A DNA stretch of 64,000 bases from a virus. The position numbers and the translations under genes were made by a program. Below, in pieces: positions 57,958 to 64,000 of this stretch. The notes under the pieces are model-generated. The model had not been told where the DNA came from, did no database searches, and saw nothing but the letters and a program-made list of their open reading frames with translations. How positions within the stretch are numbered: the first letter of the stretch is position 1; every line of letters starts with the position of its first letter. The stretch is from IMG/VR virus record IMGVR_UViG_3300037264_004862, positions 58,825 through 122,824 of that record; one strand, 5' to 3'.

Positions 57958-58373
57958 TGAGATCAACATATTTTGGTTTTAATCCTCCATTTTTTAGGCC
58001 TGGTAGAGTTATGTCAGTGCAAACTGATGAACGTCTTATTAAGAACGATCTTATTCAGTTACTTTTAACATCACCAGGTGAGCGTGCTTTCAGGCCAGAA
58101 TTTGGTACTGAGCTTAGGCGTTCCACATTTGAGCCAATAGATACTTTTGCCATTGATACTCTGAGAGCATCAATAGCAGAATCAATTAGACAATTTGAGC
58201 CCCGTGTAAGTACTTCTGATATTGTAATTGAACGAGATGACAATAATAATCAGCTTAATATTAAAGTTTTTGCGGCTTTAACTATTGATCCAAATAGGAT
58301 ATTGGAACTAAATTTAACGATTCCGATAGGTCCAGCAGCTACTCCGGCACCTCCAGGACAGTTAGCGGTGTAA
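57957..58373 (+). CDS. baseplate wedge gp25/GpW-like
   Basis: IKNDL..LLLTSPGER.FRPEFGT.L....FEP, FEPRV. Confidence 0.92.
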   Translation: MRSTYFGFNPPFFRPGRVMSVQTDERLIKNDLIQLLLTSPGERAFRPEFGTELRRSTFEPIDTFAIDTLRASIAESIRQFEPRVSTSDIVIERDDNNNQLNIKVFAALTIDPNRILELNLTIPIGPAATPAPPGQLAV

Positions 58374-58374
58374 T

Positions 58375-60048
58375 ATGGCAGAAGAAACAATTTTTAGCCT
58401 CCCAACAGAGCCCGATGAATTCGGAGTGGTTCTTCCGCCAGCCGAATTACGTCGTATAAACTTTAGCGCGCTTGACTTTGTCACGATGCGCCGTGCTTTA
58501 GTTGAATATATTAAGACTTATTTCCCGAATGATTTTAATGATTTCGTTGCTAGCAATGGCGCGGTGATGTTTTTAGAATTGGTGGCTGCTGTTGGAAATA
58601 TTTTATCAGAACGCAGTGACATTCTTGTAGATGAGTCATTCTTACCAACAGCTCAGACCAAAGAAGCTGTTATTAACCATTTGCGTTTAATTAATCAGCA
58701 GATTAGACGTGCTACACCAGCGGTTGTTGATATAGAAGTCACTGTTCCTAATGCGGCGGCTACTCAAATTTCATTGATTCCTGGATTGAGATTTAACTTA
58801 ACTGGAGCGGACGGTTTTCCTTTAACATTTGAAATCTATAGAGCCCCGAATGACTTTAAAAGTAATATCATAATTCCACCAAATAAGCGTGGTGTCATCG
58901 CATTCGGTATTGAAGGCCGTTTTGCAGACCCAATCATTGTCGAATCTGCTGGTGGTCCAGATCAAGTTATTGAAATCTTAGATCGCAATGTGTTGGATGA
59001 TCCAATTACTGTTGAAGTTGTCACAGGCAATGATATCATTGAATATACTAGAGTCACTAATCTTGAACGATATTCTTCGAACGATTCTGCGTTCGAAGTA
59101 AGATTTGCTGAAGATCGGACTAATATTGTTTTTGGTGATGATAATGCTGGTAAATCGCCACTCGCCGGACAGACTATCACGGTCCGTTATCGTGTTGGTG
59201 GTGGCATTAGAGGTAGGATTGGTACTAATACAATTAATGAGACTAGGCCAATCACTCCACAAGCTCCAGCGAGTGCACCAGTTGAAGTCTTGTTTAGAAA
59301 TCCATCGCCTAGTTCGGGCGGATTAGATGAAGAGAGCTTAGACGCAGCAAAGGCACGTGCCCCTAAAGACGCAGCTACACTTAGCTCTGCGACAACTGGC
59401 GAAGATTATTCACAATTAGCTAAGTCATTTTCACATCCAGTGTTTGGTGCAGTGCTTAAAGCAGTTGCTGTTTTGCGTACTGGTGTCGAGAATGCGGCTA
59501 GCATAGCGCAACAAGTTATGGCTGCGGCTTCCATAGATGATGCTGTCAAAATTCTTGATGCCCAATTTATAAATCGGAATATTATTGAGTTATACGTCTT
59601 AGCAGAAGGACCAGATAGTATACCAGTTAAACCAAGTGCAGGCCTTAAACAAGGCTTGACGCAATTTTTTTCTGAGATTGCAGTACTCACTGACGAAGTA
59701 CGCGTACTTGATGGTGGGATTAAATCTGTTGACTTCAGAGCCAATGTTATCATGAGTAGAACCGCCGATGCTGGGACTATTCGTGAAGCAGTTAATGAAG
59801 TTATTGATGATTTTTTTGCTGTCAACAATTTTGATATTGGCCAAGCTTTATATATTAGTAAGCTCTATGAAACTATCCAGTCAGTCCCAGGTGTAAAGAC
59901 TGTCAAGATTTTTGAGCCTGCTGATGATATTATTTCAACAAAACAACTAGCTGTAGAAGGATCAGTTGGTGTAGGCTTCAATGAACTTATAACGCTTGGG
60001 AAGAAGAATGTCCTATTCTTCTTCGAACGTGGAGCAGCTGATCGTTAA
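58375..60048 (+). CDS. baseplate wedge gp6/GpJ-like
   Basis: DF...R..L.EY, NDF, ESFL.TA, FGD...GK.P, YRVGGG..G, GG.D.ES, ATT.EDY, VPGV. Confidence 0.9.
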   Translation: MAEETIFSLPTEPDEFGVVLPPAELRRINFSALDFVTMRRALVEYIKTYFPNDFNDFVASNGAVMFLELVAAVGNILSERSDILVDESFLPTAQTKEAVINHLRLINQQIRRATPAVVDIEVTVPNAAATQISLIPGLRFNLTGADGFPLTFEIYRAPNDFKSNIIIPPNKRGVIAFGIEGRFADPIIVESAGGPDQVIEILDRNVLDDPITVEVVTGNDIIEYTRVTNLERYSSNDSAFEVRFAEDRTNIVFGDDNAGKSPLAGQTITVRYRVGGGIRGRIGTNTINETRPITPQAPASAPVEVLFRNPSPSSGGLDEESLDAAKARAPKDAATLSSATTGEDYSQLAKSFSHPVFGAVLKAVAVLRTGVENAASIAQQVMAAASIDDAVKILDAQFINRNIIELYVLAEGPDSIPVKPSAGLKQGLTQFFSEIAVLTDEVRVLDGGIKSVDFRANVIMSRTADAGTIREAVNEVIDDFFAVNNFDIGQALYISKLYETIQSVPGVKTVKIFEPADDIISTKQLAVEGSVGVGFNELITLGKKNVLFFFERGAADR

Positions 60049-60332
60049 GATAGCTCAGATTCAATTTTCTCTCTGAATCTTCCCAATACATCGCTGAGTA
60101 ATTTAGCCGCATCGTAGAAGTGGCCACGATACATGATGGCTAAATCACCGGTTTTCGGATCACGAGCGATAGCGACAGCTGTGACTACCTGCTCGGTTTT
60201 CAGTAATGGACCAAAGACATCATTGATTTTTTCATCCAATGATTTCTCTGTAGTTTGTGATTGTTCAATGTTTGGAAGTGGCTCTTTCCCATCGAGAGAA
60301 TTCGTTTTTGTTTCTTTTTCGTTCATAATCAA
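60045..60332 (-). CDS. hypothetical protein
   Basis: ORF track; convergent with gp6. Confidence 0.5.
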   Translation of the reverse strand: MIMNEKETKTNSLDGKEPLPNIEQSQTTEKSLDEKINDVFGPLLKTEQVVTAVAIARDPKTGDLAIMYRGHFYDAAKLLSDVLGRFREKIESELS

Positions 60333-60364
60333 TCAGTACCTAAATCTGTCAAAAGATAGTTGCG

Positions 60365-61012
60365 ATGATAAACCCAGACGAAACTAGTCTTATTTACGAT
60401 TGTTACCGTCGTGCTATGGCAAGTATAGGTATGAAGGTTCGCCTTCCAGCTGACACTGACCCATCAAAGACATATGCATATCGTGCCGTGGATAAATTTC
60501 TGCGTCAAACCAGAGAATGGGAAATGGACCCTGAGTTGGTCCGTGCGTTGGTACGTGAAGTGGTTTTGTATGGCAAACGCAATGGCTTACTGAGTAAAGG
60601 CACTGCTCTATTAAATATGAAGTCAGTATTACAAATATGTCATGACTATTTGTCTGGTGAAATCACTAAGACTGAATTATTACTTAGTGACATTGGGCGT
60701 ACTAAGTCTTTCATTGATCGCCATACAATTAATGATGATGTTATAAAGACGTTGGTAACTAGAATGAGAAGAGAAGGATACGCTAATCTCACCCAATGGT
60801 ACAGATCGGGAGAAATTCCAGTGAGCTTCATATCGATTTCAGTGGGTTGCCGTAAGGCATTAAATTTACTATCTCCTGATGAACGTTCGCTTTTCCCTTC
60901 TGATGAAAAATTATTACGTAACAGAATCAAAATTCTGAAGGATAAAAATCTAAGAGCGAATTTGGCAGAGATTATGAGTAAAGATTTACTAACTGCGGGC
61001 ATATTCGAATAG
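60365..61012 (+). CDS. hypothetical protein
   Basis: ORF track; upstream of nrdJ. Confidence 0.55.
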   Translation: MINPDETSLIYDCYRRAMASIGMKVRLPADTDPSKTYAYRAVDKFLRQTREWEMDPELVRALVREVVLYGKRNGLLSKGTALLNMKSVLQICHDYLSGEITKTELLLSDIGRTKSFIDRHTINDDVIKTLVTRMRREGYANLTQWYRSGEIPVSFISISVGCRKALNLLSPDERSLFPSDEKLLRNRIKILKDKNLRANLAEIMSKDLLTAGIFE

Positions 61013-61023
61013 GTGGAGCAATA

Positions 61024-64000
61024 ATGAAAATCGCAAGACACTTTACAAAAGATAATGTTGACCCATTTCATTATATAAAATGGCGGGAGGCCAGCACTAC
61101 TATTAAGAACGAAAACACAGGTGAAATCGTTTATCATGTAGAAAATGCCGAGGTTCCCGCTCCGTTCTCACAGATCTCTCAAGACATTATTTTATCCAAA
61201 TATCTGCGTTTGACTGGCGTTCCATCTAAAACTGTTAAAGTGATAGAAACCACACCAACAGGCCGCCCCGTCCCTGTGTGGTTGCAGCGTTCTATTCCAG
61301 CTGAGGGGTGCCAATTCGGCGGTGAATCTAGCGCTAAACAAGTGTTTCACCGTTTAGCGGGATTCTGGACTTACTGGGGTTGGTGGAATAATTACTTCGA
61401 TAATGAAAGTGACGCCAAGGCATTCTATGATGAATCAATATATATGTTGGAATGCCAGCTTGTTGCACCTAATACACCTCAGTGGTACAATTCTGGTATT
61501 TATTGGGCATATGGTTTAACTGGTAAGAAGAAAGGCTTTTACAAAGCCAACCCATCTACTGGCATTGCGATTGAAACTGAGAATTCTTATGAATTTCCAG
61601 GCTTACATGCTTGTTTTATCAATAGTGTAGGTGATAATCTTTTTGAAGATGATGGCATTTTTACTACTATTGTTAACGAAGCTCGTGGTTTTGTTACTGG
61701 CGGCGGAACTGGCAGTAATTTCTCTGCTATAAGATCCAAATTCGAGAAATTGAGTAGTGGCAATCAGGCTACTGGTTTAATGAGTTTCCTGAAGATCTTT
61801 GATAGATCTGCGGGTGTTGTAAAATCAGGGTCTAGTCAACGGCGTGCTGCTAAGATGGTTATTGTTGATATGGACCATCCTGAAATTCCTGAATATATTG
61901 AATGGAAAGAAGTTGAAGAGCGTAAAGTTCAAGCTTTAGCTAACGGTGGCTTCGATGCCGGTTGGGAAGGCGAAGCTTATTCGACGGTGTCAGGTCAGAA
62001 TTCAAATAATTCTATTCGTATTCCAAACAAATTTATCGATGCTGTCGCCCGCGATCTCGACTGGAGTATGACTTCACGCACGACTGGCCAAGTTGTACGC
62101 ACGATGAAAGCTAGAGAGCTTTGGGGTAAGTTAACTAGGGCTGCTTGGGCCTCTGGTGATCCTGGCATTCAATTTGATGATATAATTCAAGAGTGGCATA
62201 CTTGTTCCAATGATGGTAAAATTAAAGCATCAAACCCATGCGCTGAATTCTTATTTAATGATGATACTGCTTGTAATCTTGCTACTCTAAACCTACAGCG
62301 CTTATTTGATTCGGTTGGTCAATTGAATATTGGTGATTTTCGATATGCTGTAAATCATTGGATGATGGTTCTTGATATTTCAATTGATGCTGCGCAACTG
62401 CCGACTAAAAGACTAGCTGAAGGAACATTGAAATATCGTACTACTGGTCTTGGTCATTCGGGTATTGGTGCTGTATTAATGAAGTCTGGTATTCCTTATG
62501 ATAGTGATCAGGCTTGTCATTTAATGGCTGCGATCAGTGCATTAATGTGTGGCGAAAGTTATGCTGCCAGCGCCAAGATGGCTAAGGCTCTTGGAGCTTT
62601 TCCACGTTATAATCACAATAAAGAAGTAATGCATCGTGTGATTCGGAACCATCAACGTGCTGCAACTGGGAACGCTTTCTCAAAATCAGACTATGAGAAA
62701 TTGACAGTTAAGCCTTGGGAGATTGATCATACACAAATTAATATTGATCTAAGTGTTGCCATTAAAGAGGCGTGGGATCAAGCTGCGATTGCAGGTGAGG
62801 CTTTTGGCTATCGTAACGCCTTTACGACATTAATTCAACCTTCGGGCACTGTTGGATTGTTATTGGGTTGTGATACTACTGCTATTGAGCCTGATTTCGG
62901 CATTGTTAAATTCAAGCGGTTGTCTGGTGGCGGTAGTATGAAGATAGTCAATGATTCTGTTGAGACTGCATTGGCCAATCTGGGTTATTCTGATTCACAA
63001 GTAGACGACATCATGTGCCATGTGCTGGGCAATAATACGCTAGAAGGTGCACCACATGTTAACAGGCAGTCGTTACTAGAACGTGGTATCACTGATCGTG
63101 ATATTGATGATATCGAAGGTGGATTAGGTAGCATCATTCAATTGCGTTATGCTGTTACTCTTAATAAATTGTCAGAAGACTCTCTACAAGCTTTAGGTCT
63201 TGATCGCAAGAAGGATGTTAACGTAAATGTTTTCAGCTTCATGGGATTCACTGCGGAACAATATATAGAAGCCAATCAGTGGATTTGTGGTTATGGTACG
63301 CTTGAAGGTGCGCCACATTTAAAGCCTGAACATTTACCAATTTTTGATTGTGCTAATCGCAGTGGTTATGGGTCACGTTTTATTAGGTGGGAAGCCCATG
63401 TTCGTGCTTGTTCGGCAGTATCACCATTTGTGAGTGGGGCCATTTCGAAGACTTTTAATATGCCAAAAGATGCAACAGAGAAAGATGTTGAATCTGTCTA
63501 TGGGATGGCTTTTGATGGTAGAAATGCTCGCAGTTATTGTCCAGGTGGTATTAAATGCTTTGCTATTTATCGTGATGGGTGTAAAGCTGCTCAGCCATTG
63601 AATAACCCGACTTCGATGGATTGGTGGTCTCCGTCAGAACGAGACAATAAGGCGTATTTCCGTGGCGAACGCAAACGCCCGCCGCGTAAGCGTGAACTAG
63701 TTGCCCATGAAATCACAATTTATGGCCGCGAAAAACAACATAAAGTAATTATCAAATTCGGTGAGTATGAAGATGGTAGTCTTTGTGAAGTCTGGATCGA
63801 CGTTTCTAAAGAAAATCCTGATTTTTTCTTGTCCATGAAATGGGCAGCAAGAGCTATATCTAATGCTATACAATATGGCCAGCCGATGCGTGAGATTGCG
63901 GACAGCTTCATCAATGAAGAAGGTGGTCCTGCAGGGCGCACGAACCATCCTTATATTACATATTGTTCTAGCATTCCCGATTTGGTGGTTAAGCTTGCAA
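61024..64000 (+). CDS. nrdJ: vitamin B12-dependent class II ribonucleotide reductase (partial, runs off right edge)
   Basis: Not in ORF track. ATG 61024 after GGAG. MKIARHFT..., PNTPQWYN, HACFI, GGGTGSNFS, RRAAKM, ASNPCAEF..DDTACNLA, QPSGTVG, GAISKT.N. Confidence 0.93.
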   Translation, partial: MKIARHFTKDNVDPFHYIKWREASTTIKNENTGEIVYHVENAEVPAPFSQISQDIILSKYLRLTGVPSKTVKVIETTPTGRPVPVWLQRSIPAEGCQFGGESSAKQVFHRLAGFWTYWGWWNNYFDNESDAKAFYDESIYMLECQLVAPNTPQWYNSGIYWAYGLTGKKKGFYKANPSTGIAIETENSYEFPGLHACFINSVGDNLFEDDGIFTTIVNEARGFVTGGGTGSNFSAIRSKFEKLSSGNQATGLMSFLKIFDRSAGVVKSGSSQRRAAKMVIVDMDHPEIPEYIEWKEVEERKVQALANGGFDAGWEGEAYSTVSGQNSNNSIRIPNKFIDAVARDLDWSMTSRTTGQVVRTMKARELWGKLTRAAWASGDPGIQFDDIIQEWHTCSNDGKIKASNPCAEFLFNDDTACNLATLNLQRLFDSVGQLNIGDFRYAVNHWMMVLDISIDAAQLPTKRLAEGTLKYRTTGLGHSGIGAVLMKSGIPYDSDQACHLMAAISALMCGESYAASAKMAKALGAFPRYNHNKEVMHRVIRNHQRAATGNAFSKSDYEKLTVKPWEIDHTQINIDLSVAIKEAWDQAAIAGEAFGYRNAFTTLIQPSGTVGLLLGCDTTAIEPDFGIVKFKRLSGGGSMKIVNDSVETALANLGYSDSQVDDIMCHVLGNNTLEGAPHVNRQSLLERGITDRDIDDIEGGLGSIIQLRYAVTLNKLSEDSLQALGLDRKKDVNVNVFSFMGFTAEQYIEANQWICGYGTLEGAPHLKPEHLPIFDCANRSGYGSRFIRWEAHVRACSAVSPFVSGAISKTFNMPKDATEKDVESVYGMAFDGRNARSYCPGGIKCFAIYRDGCKAAQPLNNPTSMDWWSPSERDNKAYFRGERKRPPRKRELVAHEITIYGREKQHKVIIKFGEYEDGSLCEVWIDVSKENPDFFLSMKWAARAISNAIQYGQPMREIADSFINEEGGPAGRTNHPYITYCSSIPDLVVKLA

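Noticed and set aside
40884-60048. Bacterial T6SS/eCIS or tailocin locus
   Set aside because: Accompanied by neck proteins, tape measure, late sigma and replication genes, with no bacterial housekeeping context, so it is a phage tail module
1-64000. Stop-codon reassignment
   Set aside because: Conserved genes are full length in code 11, and TAA, TAG and TGA all end genes at expected positions

Overview
This window is a 64-kb fragment of a large, AT-rich, T4-like contractile-tailed (jumbo-type) phage read in standard code 11. No tRNA, rRNA or CRISPR array was seen. 1-8.5 kb (minus strand) is a replication block: a family-C DNA polymerase (DnaE) split into two genes without inteins, a degenerate RNase H, GroES and a DUF559-like nuclease. 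A ~450-nt highly structured non-coding region precedes the nuclease at the strand-divergence point. 9.0-11.9 kb holds five paralogous genes sharing an MKLxxL(x)xE leader and an FHxDDxF motif. Then come peptide deformylase, an actin-like ATPase, a collagen/serine-rich-repeat protein followed by a glycosyl-/methyltransferase cluster, Mre11/Rad50 (gp47/gp46) and two divergent sigma-like genes. A nucleotide-metabolism cluster includes a PurZ-type synthetase (possible 2-aminoadenine DNA) and ThyX. The neck-tail-baseplate module follows (sheath, two tubes, chaperone with a probable frameshift, tape measure, gp5/VgrG spike with a C-terminal ART-like extension, gp25, gp6). A class II ribonucleotide reductase runs off the right end. 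All calls come from motif recognition by eye; no database searches were run.
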